DNA from: an uncultured bacterium
Lineage (GTDB): Bacteria; Chlamydiota; Chlamydiia; Chlamydiales; VFKH01
DNA length: 64,000 nt
NCBI GenBank assembly: GCA_964596685.1
Contig: CAZQVA010000007.1
Coordinates: 11,026 to 75,025 of the forward strand
Reading direction: 5' to 3'
Below the pieces are notes generated by a model that saw nothing but the letters and a program-made list of their open reading frames with translations, was not told the origin of the DNA and ran no database searches. Position 1 is the first letter of the stretch, and each line of letters begins with the position of its first letter. Shown here piece by piece: positions 16,898-26,435 of the stretch. The translations under genes and the position numbers were made by a program.

Positions 16898-18392
16898 ATG
16901 GGGCTTCAAAAGAAGTGTGTTACTGATGACTCTTGGGATCACTCCACTTTTTACAGCTCCTTATACTCAGGATGCCTATCTTTACTCGCGCATTGATAAT
17001 GCCGATCTTTCTGCCTTATTGGCATATGCGGCGCTCTATCCAGATACTAAGGAAGGTAAGTTAGCTTTACAGCAATCATGGACACTGCTGAATGGACAGG
17101 GCCCTCTGCCTAATGAATTAAGCGGTCTTTTTCGCATCAGTTCTACATTATTAGGCAGTCATTCACAGCCATTCAACCAGCAAGAGGTTCTATTAATCCA
17201 AAAAATCAGTCAAACACTTCCCCATAAAAAATTGAAAGGTCATTCCATTACCAATTGGCGCGATGCTTTACAATTAGCCCCCGAAGAAATTGACATTGCA
17301 CGCACACTTTTTCTTCTGCAAGATCCAGAACGCGTAGATATCTATGAAGCCGAGTTGGATTGGATGGCCCTCCAATTGCTTGCACAACTAGCACCCGAAG
17401 GGGGCTTGAAGGCCTGCCCTGCGAAAAAAATCCGCTGCATGAATGAATTGATTTTTCAGCGTATGCACTTTCGCTTCCCTCCTCATGCCGCCTATTCGGC
17501 AAATATTGATTCTTACACATTCCTCGCTTCTGTTCTCGATCAACGTTTAGGGGTATGCTTAGGCGTGACAATTCTCTACACAAGCCTTGCTCAACGCCTC
17601 GATCTGGATTTAGAAATTGTCACACCCCCTGGACATATTTTCCCGCGCTGCATCACCAAAGAAGGGATCCTTAATATTGAAACAACTGCCCGAGGAGCAA
17701 ATCCCCCCAGTGACGTCTATTTAGGCATAAATACAAAGAGCCTCCATACACGTAATCATAAGGAATTAATTGGCCTTGTCTATATCAACGCAGCCTCTGT
17801 TGCAGCGCAAAATCAGGACACAAAAATAGCCATTGATAATTACCGCATTGCAGAACATTTTCTACCCAAGGACCCCCTCCTTTCTGAATATCTCGCCTAT
17901 CAACTCTATATTGACGGACAAATAGAAGAAGCTAGACCTCTTCTTGAATTTTGTCTTTCTCAAAATGATCCCCACAGTATCTATCCAGAAAGCATGGTGG
18001 ACGATCTTTTTAATGGAGTTGTTGATGGCGCGGGCATCACCGCTGTCCTAAAACATGTCGATCAGACAGAAGCTTCCGTACGCGAGAAGCAGGCTGCTCT
18101 TGAAAAGGTCCTTGAACATTCTCCCCTGTTCCAAGAAGGCTTGATGCAACTAGCCGTCACATGGATTCAGCTTGAGCGGTCACAGGAAGCGATTATGGTT
18201 CTTCAAAAACTCTTACCCCTGGCTCCAAAAAACCCCACACTGCATTATTATCTTGCGATGCTCTATCTCGAGTGTTTTGATTACGGTCAAGCAAAAGTCC
18301 ACGCACATACTCTAGAAACACTTTTAAAGGAAGCCAACCACACACCCGATGCACTTATTAAACTCAAACAAACCCTCCAAATGCATCCTTGA
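16875..18392 (+). CDS. transglutaminase-like (SirB1/YchA-like) plus TPR repeat protein
   Basis: Cys/His core LGVCLGVTILYTSLAQRL...PPGHIFPRC, and a C-terminal TPR-like region (LMQLAVTWIQLERSQEAIMVLQKLL..). The start is uncertain: ATG 16875 lies inside the D-like repeat, and the alternative is 16926. The ORF-track start at 16632 reads through repeat A2. Confidence 0.6.
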   Translation: MEKFAIFIWGFKRSVLLMTLGITPLFTAPYTQDAYLYSRIDNADLSALLAYAALYPDTKEGKLALQQSWTLLNGQGPLPNELSGLFRISSTLLGSHSQPFNQQEVLLIQKISQTLPHKKLKGHSITNWRDALQLAPEEIDIARTLFLLQDPERVDIYEAELDWMALQLLAQLAPEGGLKACPAKKIRCMNELIFQRMHFRFPPHAAYSANIDSYTFLASVLDQRLGVCLGVTILYTSLAQRLDLDLEIVTPPGHIFPRCITKEGILNIETTARGANPPSDVYLGINTKSLHTRNHKELIGLVYINAASVAAQNQDTKIAIDNYRIAEHFLPKDPLLSEYLAYQLYIDGQIEEARPLLEFCLSQNDPHSIYPESMVDDLFNGVVDGAGITAVLKHVDQTEASVREKQAALEKVLEHSPLFQEGLMQLAVTWIQLERSQEAIMVLQKLLPLAPKNPTLHYYLAMLYLECFDYGQAKVHAHTLETLLKEANHTPDALIKLKQTLQMHP

Positions 18393-18395
18393 ATG

Positions 18396-18714
18396 GGGGT
18401 GTAATTCAAAGTGTTAGGCAGGATGAAAAAACTAGGGACTCATATTCTTCTAATACCCACTCCGGTCTCCATTAATTCTCGTTCAAGATAAGGTGTAATA
18501 GCTTATGCACCCTCTGTGTGCTCTGTGGGCTCTGTGGGCTCTGTGGTTAAAAAAATTAACATACGTTTTAAATAAAAATATTCACTAAAGAGTCCACAAA
18601 GCACACAGAGGGGGGGGGAAATAAGGATTTTTTGGCAGAAGGTTGTCTGGTGAATCCTTAAGAAAAGCTTCCATTCTAGCTCTAAATAGTTAACTAAAAC
18701 CTTGAATTACACCC
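18396..18714. mobile_element. Family-B MITE-like element, copy B2 (inverted relative to B1, no D insert)
   Basis: Collinear with the reverse complement of B1. One hairpin arm has four instead of three GCTCTGTGG units and the other arm is decayed. Starts 3 nt after the upstream stop codon. Confidence 0.8.
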
Positions 18715-18715
18715 T

Positions 18716-18813
18716 CGTTGTTTCAGAGGATAGCGGGTGATAAACGCCTTGAAGGTCATGGCCAATATGCCATATCCAAGAGGAGTTTATAAGTAGATGC
18801 CTCTGAAACAACG
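18716..18813. repeat. 98-bp hairpin element (G) abutting B2
   Basis: 14-nt inverted termini CGTTGTTTCAGAGG ... CCTCTGAAACAACG. Only one copy in the window. Confidence 0.6.
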
Positions 18814-18820
18814 ATCAAAA

Positions 18821-19019
18821 GTTGATTTAAAGCCGAACTCACATTTTTTTAGTAAAACGCAACTTATTCCCTCGGAAAATGTGGTGGTATTCCACGTTTT
18901 TCGTTGGAATAACGTGTTTGAGTACCACGTTTTTCGTTGGAATAACGTGTTTGAGTACCACGTTTTTCGTTGGAATAACGTGATATCTATATAGACACGA
19001 ATTCGACTTTAAGTTGCAA
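18821..19019. repeat. Family-F unit: imperfect inverted TTTAAAGYCGAAC-type ends enclosing a tandem array
   Basis: Left end GTTGATTTAAAGCCGAACTCAC (18821-18842). Right end GAATTCGACTTTAAGTTGCAA (18999-19019) is its imperfect reverse complement. Confidence 0.5.
18892..18982. repeat. 33-bp tandem repeat, about 2.8 copies
   Basis: CCACGTTTTTCGTTGGAATAACGTGTTTGAGTA is repeated head-to-tail at 18892, 18925 and 18958 (the last copy is truncated). The first two copies are identical. Confidence 0.95.
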
Positions 19020-19036
19020 TCACCTCTATAGGTGTT

Positions 19037-21136
19037 TTAGCGCGGTGTGATCCGATAGATCTGAGTGGCTAAGGGGGCTAAAGCAATGATAGCTTTATTA
19101 GCCGTATAACGCACAGGACGCTTGATAAGGCCAGAACCGCCAAATTGACGAGCATCTGTATTAAAACACTCATACAGCATGGCGCGGATAGGTAATGCGT
19201 ATTCTTGAAAACTTTGGGGAGTAAAGTTATGGACGCATAAGAGCGTATCTCCACTTTGTGTACGGCGCAGATAAGCAATGACACTATTGTGAGCGTCACT
19301 GAAATCTACCCACTCAAATCCAGTCCAAAAGAAATCATTATCCCAAAGAGCAGGTTGCTCTAAATAGAAATGATTGAGATCAGCTACGCAGCGATGCGCT
19401 TCTTTATGCCAGGAAACATTGAGTTGTGCCCAATCTAAAGCATTTTTTGAATCCCATTCATGCCCCTGAGCCCATTCAGAACCCATAAATAAAAGCTTTT
19501 TACCGGGATGGCAAAGCATATAGCTATAAAGCAAACGGAAATTAGCAAATTTTTGCCAGCAATCACCCGGCATTTTTTCTAATAAACTCCCCTTTCCATG
19601 CACCACTTCATCGTGAGAAAGTACAAGACAAAAGCGCTCTGTAAATGCATAGATTAGGCTAAATGTTAATTCATTTTGATGATACGCTCGGTGAATCGGA
19701 TCCAATTTCATATACGCTAATGTATCGTTCATCCAACCCATATTCCATTTGAGGTCGAATCCAAGACCACCCTGATCTAATGCATGCGTAATACCACTGA
19801 AAGATGTCGATTCCTCCGCAATCATCAGCGCTGTAGGACACTCTTTATGGACAACAGAATTCAAATGCTTCATGAACTCAATCGCCTTAAGATTTTCCTT
19901 CGTCCCATATTCGTTAGGAATCCATTGTCCATTATCGCGACCATAATCGAGATAAAGCATCGAGGCAACCGCATCGACGCGCAATGCATCGATATGCATC
20001 TTTTTCAACCAAAATAGCGCACTCGCAATCAGAAAATTGCTGACCTCATTTCTTCCATAGTTAAAGATAGCGGTGTGCCAATGGGGATGGTATCCTTGTC
20101 TTTCATCCGCATGTTCATATAAACAAGTCCCATCAAAACGCGCCAAGCCCCACTGATCTTTTGGAAAATGAGCAGGCACCCAATCCAAAATAACACCGAT
20201 ATTATTTGCATGAAGTGTATTCACAAAATACTGGAAGTCCAACGGTGTTCCAAAACGACTAGTAGGTGCAAAAAAACCTGTCACTTGATAGCCCCAAGAC
20301 TCATCAAGAGGGTGTTCGGCGATTGGCAGTAACTCAATATGTGTGAACCCCATATCTTGACAATACTCCACAAGCTGATCGGCAATCTGACGATAATTCA
20401 TGAACGAATTATCAGGATTGCGACGCCAAGAGCCAAGGTGAATCTCATAGATTAACATGGGGCGGTCAGCAATGCGCCGATCTTTATGCCAATTGGCATC
20501 CGTCCAGGTAAAGTGATCTAAGTTAGCAATGATGGAAGCATTGTTGGGACGCAATTCTGCTGCAAGGGCAAAAGGGTCGGCCTTTAAGACGACATCCTTA
20601 TTTGCAGATCGCACTTCAAATTTATACTTTTGACCCTCTTTTAACCCAGGAATGAAAATTTCCCAAATTCCTGATGCCCCTAGTAGGCGCATAGGATTGA
20701 TTCTTCCATCCCAGAAATTAAAATCACCCACAAGAGATACGTTGCGTGCACTGGGTGCCCAAACAGAAAATCGCACTCCCTCAATCCCTTGATGTGTGCA
20801 CAATCTGCCCCCCATTTTTTCATATAGCTCGTAATGCACGCCCTTTGAAAAAAGGTATTCATCAACTGGACCAAGTGTCGGCATCATAGCATAAGGATCG
20901 TGGTCTAAAAGACCATTGGAATGCCACACACGATAATCATGGGGCTGGGTATGCTCTGGGACAATAAGTTCAAAGATGCCCTTATGATGGTAGCGTACCA
21001 TCTCTTGAAGTTTGCCAAATAATTCAATATGACATTGTTCGGCGCCAGGTCGCCACACGCGAATGACTTTTTCACTTCTCTTGGCAAGTGAGTGTAACCC
21101 TAGATAGGCGTGCGGTTGAAATGCAGGTAATATCAT
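19037..21136 (-). CDS. glgB: 1,4-alpha-glucan branching enzyme (GH13)
   Basis: 699 aa with GH13 catalytic regions IDALRVDAVASMLYLDY and LMIAEESTSF, and an N-terminal CBM48-like region. Confidence 0.95.
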   Translation of the reverse strand: MILPAFQPHAYLGLHSLAKRSEKVIRVWRPGAEQCHIELFGKLQEMVRYHHKGIFELIVPEHTQPHDYRVWHSNGLLDHDPYAMMPTLGPVDEYLFSKGVHYELYEKMGGRLCTHQGIEGVRFSVWAPSARNVSLVGDFNFWDGRINPMRLLGASGIWEIFIPGLKEGQKYKFEVRSANKDVVLKADPFALAAELRPNNASIIANLDHFTWTDANWHKDRRIADRPMLIYEIHLGSWRRNPDNSFMNYRQIADQLVEYCQDMGFTHIELLPIAEHPLDESWGYQVTGFFAPTSRFGTPLDFQYFVNTLHANNIGVILDWVPAHFPKDQWGLARFDGTCLYEHADERQGYHPHWHTAIFNYGRNEVSNFLIASALFWLKKMHIDALRVDAVASMLYLDYGRDNGQWIPNEYGTKENLKAIEFMKHLNSVVHKECPTALMIAEESTSFSGITHALDQGGLGFDLKWNMGWMNDTLAYMKLDPIHRAYHQNELTFSLIYAFTERFCLVLSHDEVVHGKGSLLEKMPGDCWQKFANFRLLYSYMLCHPGKKLLFMGSEWAQGHEWDSKNALDWAQLNVSWHKEAHRCVADLNHFYLEQPALWDNDFFWTGFEWVDFSDAHNSVIAYLRRTQSGDTLLCVHNFTPQSFQEYALPIRAMLYECFNTDARQFGGSGLIKRPVRYTANKAIIALAPLATQIYRITPR

Positions 21137-22197
21137 GCAAAATGGTCCAAATAATGACTCTCACCACTTGGAATCACCATCAAACCATCTAGCTTTTTGC
21201 AAACTCCCTTGTCTCTCACAGACTTTCTTAACCTCGCCTGTTGCATTTGCATGCAGCTGAATGAAAAACTAAATGAGTCTTCTGATTGATTAAAGAAATG
21301 AACGCGACGAATCTGCTTCTTACTCCACTCAAATTCTACTTTCACTTGATGTGACAACTCCATATGAATAATCCTACCACAGTGGCATTCGACAGGAAGA
21401 GCAGGCAGTAATGCAAGATGTGAGCCATCCCATCGCACAAAGCACTCCATAAGCACTTGAGAACTTTCCTGCAATACGAGAAGAGGTGATCCAGGTCCTA
21501 CATCGCACTGCCATCCACGGTGATAGTGGTCTTGCAACTGAGGATGCATCAGTCCATCAAAAGCTGCAACAAAAAGTGCATGTATATGGCGAAAAAGCAC
21601 TGTCCGTTCATGTGTTTTTTGCGCTTGAATTACCTGATCTAAAAGTTGCCTACCAATCCCTGTACATTTTCCAGCAAGAGCTGGGATCTGTAATCCCATT
21701 AAAATCCAAATAGGAAGAATTTGCAGAAGGTCCATGCGGCGCCCTACAAGACGCCAATCCAACTTTTGATGTGCCCCAAAAGAAATCCGCATCGGCGTGG
21801 ATTTAATGGGTGTGATGACCTCGCCAAGAAGTAGGGGTACTTTTACTTTGCAAGGAACCTCTTTTCCATTAAGAATAAAAGCACCTTGCGCGCGTTGCAA
21901 GAATAATTCAAGTGAAGTAGGTGCAGAAGGGGTTAAATAATATTCAAAAAACGTCGCGCTCCCTTTTAAGCGTACGTGAATTCTCCCACTTTCTAAATCA
22001 TTAATCATTTGAAAATCAAAGATCACTTCAGGCAGCGTTATCTGCCAACTTCCAAGTAATGATCCATCGCAAAGATTAATGACTGAAAATTGCCCTGGAA
22101 ATAGAATTAAGGACATCCATGAAGAGGGAATAATTGTTGGCACTCCCGGTTCGATGGTATAGGGTCTTAAGCGCTGAGCAATCTTAATACCCTTCAT
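21133..22197 (-). CDS. hypothetical protein, translationally coupled between mtaB and glgB
   Basis: 354-aa ORF with 4-nt overlaps at both ends (ATGA-type). No motif I recognise. Confidence 0.6.
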   Translation of the reverse strand: MKGIKIAQRLRPYTIEPGVPTIIPSSWMSLILFPGQFSVINLCDGSLLGSWQITLPEVIFDFQMINDLESGRIHVRLKGSATFFEYYLTPSAPTSLELFLQRAQGAFILNGKEVPCKVKVPLLLGEVITPIKSTPMRISFGAHQKLDWRLVGRRMDLLQILPIWILMGLQIPALAGKCTGIGRQLLDQVIQAQKTHERTVLFRHIHALFVAAFDGLMHPQLQDHYHRGWQCDVGPGSPLLVLQESSQVLMECFVRWDGSHLALLPALPVECHCGRIIHMELSHQVKVEFEWSKKQIRRVHFFNQSEDSFSFSFSCMQMQQARLRKSVRDKGVCKKLDGLMVIPSGESHYLDHFA

Positions 22198-23462
22198 ACA
22201 CCTTCCACCACGCGTCCTATCAAACCTTCTGGCGTGTTCGCAATCATCTCAACGAGTACCATTTGATTAGCTACTAAGGAAGGCTCTTCGATCCACACTC
22301 CTAAAAAATTACCCGTATGTCCAAAAATGCGTGATGCTCCTTCTTCACGATGCTCACAAAGAACATGCAGGCGGCGACCCACATATTTTTCTCTTAAAGA
22401 GTATGCCACCCTTTCTGCTTCTTGTAGGAGCCGCGTTTTACGCTCTTGCATCACTTCTTTTGATACTTTATTGGGATATTGCGCAGCGCGAGTACGCGGT
22501 CTTTCGCTGTAGGGAAACATGTGAATTTTTGCAAATTCTACTTCTTGAATAATCTCAAGGGTCTCCTTAAAGTCTTCTTCAGTTTCACCAGGGAAACCTA
22601 CAATGACATCTGTCGTAAAGGCAAAATCGGGACACAATGCTTTTAATCTTTCCACTGTTTCTAGAAAAATTTGGCGCGTATATTTACGATTCATCCGCTT
22701 GAGAATAGCATTAGAACCAGATTGTAAAACGAGGTGCAAGCTAGGTGCGGTATTTTTCCCCTGTAAAATAGCAGAAGCTAATTCATCATCTACTTCATCC
22801 GGATCAATAGAAGAAAGGCGCAAGCGCTTGATCCCTTCGATTGCATCCACTGCACGCACCAGTTGTGCAAGGCGATAGGGAGCATCCTTTTCTCCTCCAT
22901 CAAAATCCCCAATATTAATTCCAGTTAAGACAATCTCTTGGTAGCCATTAGCGACTAACTCTTGCACCTCTTTAACAATATCTGCGATAGTGCGTGAGCG
23001 TGAACGTCCCCTTACATAAGGAATAATACAATAGGTACAAAAGGAATTACATCCATCCTGCACCTTAACAAAGGCACGCGTATGCGCATCAAAAGTACGA
23101 ATGGAGAACTCAGGCACCTCTTCATCTGGAAAGACTTGAGCTATGAGCTGCTCTTTCTCCAAATTGCCCACAACCTTCCAAATTTCGGGGTATTTATCGA
23201 CAAGATCTTTATGTGCCTCTGTTGCACACCCCGTGACTACGATCCGTGAATCGGGATATTTCTTTTTTAACTGCCGTATACTCGACAAACTATCTTTATC
23301 AGCATTTGCAGTCACTGTACACGTATTGACAATGCATAGATCAGCTGCTGTGCCTTCCAAGACCTCAGTATACCCCATCTGCTCCAATTGATTGCGAAAA
23401 GCTTCAGATTCATACTGATTAGTTCTGCAACCAAGGGTGACTATCTTAAAATGTTTAGCCAT
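22194..23462 (-). CDS. mtaB: radical-SAM methylthiotransferase, MtaB-like
   Basis: N-terminal TLGCRTNQYES, radical SAM motif GCNSFCTYCIIP, and a C-terminal TRAM-like region. 422 aa. Confidence 0.8.
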   Translation of the reverse strand: MAKHFKIVTLGCRTNQYESEAFRNQLEQMGYTEVLEGTAADLCIVNTCTVTANADKDSLSSIRQLKKKYPDSRIVVTGCATEAHKDLVDKYPEIWKVVGNLEKEQLIAQVFPDEEVPEFSIRTFDAHTRAFVKVQDGCNSFCTYCIIPYVRGRSRSRTIADIVKEVQELVANGYQEIVLTGINIGDFDGGEKDAPYRLAQLVRAVDAIEGIKRLRLSSIDPDEVDDELASAILQGKNTAPSLHLVLQSGSNAILKRMNRKYTRQIFLETVERLKALCPDFAFTTDVIVGFPGETEEDFKETLEIIQEVEFAKIHMFPYSERPRTRAAQYPNKVSKEVMQERKTRLLQEAERVAYSLREKYVGRRLHVLCEHREEGASRIFGHTGNFLGVWIEEPSLVANQMVLVEMIANTPEGLIGRVVEGV

Positions 23463-24066
23463 GAGCGCCTAAAAAAGAAGCATGCCAAAACTGCGTAAAT
23501 CCTGTGACGATCATTTGTGAAGAGATAAATATCAGCAACATACCTGAAAGTCTCTCAAGCGCTAATAGACCTTTTGTTCCTAGCAATTTTTTTAAAGTAG
23601 AAGAGAGTAAGAGAATAATCAGAGAGGGAATCCAAGAAAGGAGAATGATCCACCACAATTGCCATCCCGAAGAAGCTTGTGACCCCATGACCATGACAAG
23701 AGAAATAGAACCTGCGCCGGCACATACAGGAGTTGCAAGTGGCACAATAAACGGCTCTTGCTGATCTTCTTCTTTTTCACCCGACTGATTGCGAGGAAAA
23801 AGTAAAGTCAGTGCGATCAAGAAGAGAATAATCCCTCCTGCGATCCTCACAGTATGAAGATCAAGATGCAACAATCCTAAAATTTCATTACCAACAAACC
23901 CAAAGAGCAAGAGAATAATAAGGGCAAAAGTGACCTCACGCACGATAATCTTTCGCTGCCTTGATTCATCATAGCGCTTGAGCAGGCTGATAAAAATCGG
24001 CACGTTGCCGATGGGGTTGAGAGTGACAAAAAGAGTCACAATAGAGGAAATAACAAATTGATCCAT
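23455..24066 (-). CDS. MarC-family (UPF0056) integral membrane protein
   Basis: 203 aa with six hydrophobic segments. N-terminal NPIGNVPIFISLL is typical of MarC. Confidence 0.75.
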   Translation of the reverse strand: MDQFVISSIVTLFVTLNPIGNVPIFISLLKRYDESRQRKIIVREVTFALIILLLFGFVGNEILGLLHLDLHTVRIAGGIILFLIALTLLFPRNQSGEKEEDQQEPFIVPLATPVCAGAGSISLVMVMGSQASSGWQLWWIILLSWIPSLIILLLSSTLKKLLGTKGLLALERLSGMLLIFISSQMIVTGFTQFWHASFLGAHG

Positions 24067-24285
24067 AATTTTCTTCTAACTTAATGCAGGCAGTAGACTG
24101 GTAAGAAGTATTTTACCTTAGAAGAAGGCAAAAAGGGAATAAAAAACACCTGCCTTTTGCATACTAGCTGCTAAAGACAGGTGCCTGTCGCCATGATATT
24201 TATTTACTATAATGAACGCAGTTTCCTTTTCAGCTATATGGGCAATTTTTTCCCTAGCTAAAAAGCATCTGCTAAACTAAAAAAA

Positions 24286-25128
24286 CTAGAAACGGAACTC
24301 CGCGCCAACTGCTGCAGCTTTTTCATCGCCGAAGCGAGCTTCTGCAGTCAGAGACATACGTCCAATATCTACTAATGATACACCGATGACATAACCAAAG
24401 TTGCGTCTAGAACGTAGTGAATTGTAATCTGCTGAGACACTAGCATCATGAATACTTGTCAAATCGCCAAATATCGACGCCGTCAAAGAAGACCACTTGA
24501 TCGCCACATAAGGGACCATAAAGCCAATTTTATGGGAGATGCCCAACGCTACCTGCCATTCTCTTGGCTGATAACCATATCCTGCAGGCAGGAATATGTC
24601 GATTGCCTCATCAGAGCGCACTAAAGTTGCCTGATAGAGACTAGGTCTTCCAAAATTTGCATATTGCGCATCCAACCCTAAATAGGTCGTTCCACAATTA
24701 GGTCCCCAACCACATTCAAAGAGCACGGCTTTAATACCAACACCCCACGAAGTCGTGGTTTGACTATTCGCTGTTAACTGTTGCGTGACATCTGTTGAAC
24801 CAACAGTGCCTTCACCGTAGCTCGTGAAATTGTGATTAGAGGCACCGACAAATCCGTAGATATCGATGCGATCAAACAAATTCAACGTCAACACACCAGC
24901 ATTTGTCCACATCTGGAAAGGTCTAAAGGTGTTTCCGTTATTATCGCGTACATAACGATCGTACACGAAGTCGCCACGGTAACCGACTTTCAACGCCCAG
25001 CATGAACAATCATCGGCAAAAAACACTCCGTCTGTTAAAAGGGCGGGTGCTGCAGGGTTCAGAACTGCCAAGCCAAACACTGTTGAGCTTGCGACAAGTC
25101 CTGTGATCAAAGATAAAAACTTTTTCAT
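24286..25128 (-). CDS. chlamydial MOMP-family outer membrane porin (short paralogue)
   Basis: Signal peptide, then LNPAAPALLTDGVFF..C.CWALKVGYRGDFVYDRYV...MWTNAGVLTLNLFDRIDIYGFVGAS. This parallels Chlamydia MOMP [59 protein letters not shown]. Ends in the beta-barrel terminus EFRF. Confidence 0.65.
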   Translation of the reverse strand: MKKFLSLITGLVASSTVFGLAVLNPAAPALLTDGVFFADDCSCWALKVGYRGDFVYDRYVRDNNGNTFRPFQMWTNAGVLTLNLFDRIDIYGFVGASNHNFTSYGEGTVGSTDVTQQLTANSQTTTSWGVGIKAVLFECGWGPNCGTTYLGLDAQYANFGRPSLYQATLVRSDEAIDIFLPAGYGYQPREWQVALGISHKIGFMVPYVAIKWSSLTASIFGDLTSIHDASVSADYNSLRSRRNFGYVIGVSLVDIGRMSLTAEARFGDEKAAAVGAEFRF

Positions 25129-25481
25129 GTTACCTCCAAAAAGGGTATGTCACTAACCCCCCATTTACAGTTGGATTAGAAACATCCTTTCCAGTATCCC
25201 GAAAACAGAATATTGGCGCAAACCATTTTCCCGTCTTCAGTCATACCGTGACTCCCTTTTAGGGTTGCTTTTTTTTTTGTTTTAAAAGCCATCCTAAATA
25301 GGTCATCTTGGTTTCTTTCACAATGAAGACTAGGTGTTCTTTTTGTCAAACAAAAATATATTATACTTATTTTTCAGAGGTGATATTTTCACGATCATGC
25401 AAGATAAATCTGCCTGAAAAGTTAATATAAAGGCTATATTGACGCACACAGCCTTTACAAGATTGATTGAAATATTTTTTT

Positions 25482-26336
25482 TTAATATCCGTACGCTAGC
25501 TTAAACTGTGCGTAATTTGTGCGATAGATTTGAAGCTGCCCATCTGGATCATACCCATCGTACCACTCGATCGAAATGCGCGCTTTTCTGATATTGCAGG
25601 ACATCTTACCGATTTCCATACCGATAGCATAACTTTGGTTCGTATACCATCCGTTCATCTCACGATTTTGCAAGAAGACAGCGATAAAAGGTTTCCAAAT
25701 CAAATCACGGCAATAATCGCGCCACCAAGTTGGCTTATATTCAAATCCGTAGTTGATATAGAGGGGCCATTGACGAAAGCTTGTGTCTGAAATAAGGAAA
25801 TCTCCAATAGCTGCGTAAATCTTTAGATCGCATGTCCACTGATACACTGCATAGACGTCGACCGCTTCAATGGATGGGTTCGTACGTACGACATCGGGAT
25901 GGTCTAGTAAATATTCATCACCCAAGTGACTAGAGATATGGTAAAGACGTGCGCGGAATGTCCACTGCTTATTCCTATAGGTCAGCGGCACACCTACGTA
26001 ATAGTCGGCATTAACCAAGTCGTGTGAGAAAGTATCTAGATTAAATAATCCATAAACGTCACCCTCAATACCTATCTGCAAGGCATCTCTACAATTCCAT
26101 ACATTTGTCCACTGATAGATAGGAAAATCATCTCCAAATGAAACAGCTGCCAAAGTTTGGCCAATAATATCGCTTCCTGAGCGGTAGGCAGCATAAAAAC
26201 ACACCTGCCTAGGGTCAGCTAAAAGAGGCTGCCAGAGGGGAAACTGGGGCAACCATCCCGTACAACAATTCGCTTGTAGTGCAATCGGTGAAACGGCACA
26301 TAAAAGGCCGAAGAATAGGGAGCAGCATTTTCTCAT
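25482..26336 (-). CDS. putative outer membrane protein, DUF1207-like
   Basis: Signal peptide with a Cys-rich start. Motifs PLLADPRQ and RLYHISSHLGDEY match my recollection of DUF1207. Aromatic C-terminus AYGY. Confidence 0.45.
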   Translation of the reverse strand: MRKCCSLFFGLLCAVSPIALQANCCTGWLPQFPLWQPLLADPRQVCFYAAYRSGSDIIGQTLAAVSFGDDFPIYQWTNVWNCRDALQIGIEGDVYGLFNLDTFSHDLVNADYYVGVPLTYRNKQWTFRARLYHISSHLGDEYLLDHPDVVRTNPSIEAVDVYAVYQWTCDLKIYAAIGDFLISDTSFRQWPLYINYGFEYKPTWWRDYCRDLIWKPFIAVFLQNREMNGWYTNQSYAIGMEIGKMSCNIRKARISIEWYDGYDPDGQLQIYRTNYAQFKLAYGY

Positions 26337-26435
26337 ATAATTTATACTTCCTTGCGTGCAGTGAAGGAAGCTGTATACAATATTTAGATTTTTGCTGCAA
26401 AAGTATTTTTAAATAGAAAAAGGGCCTTGGCAAGT

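Noticed and set aside
18797-18994. 65-aa ORF with the repeated peptide HVFRWNNVFEY, and the possibility that the 33-bp repeats form a CRISPR array
   Set aside because: The ORF is just the translation of the tandem array. The repeats are contiguous with no spacers and no cas genes are nearby, so it is not a CRISPR array.
24140-24184. Possible terminator downstream of the MOMP-like gene (CACCTG...CAGGTG plus a T-run on the minus strand)
   Set aside because: The stem is only 6-7 bp with a ~25-nt loop, about 100 nt from the stop. This is too weak to call.
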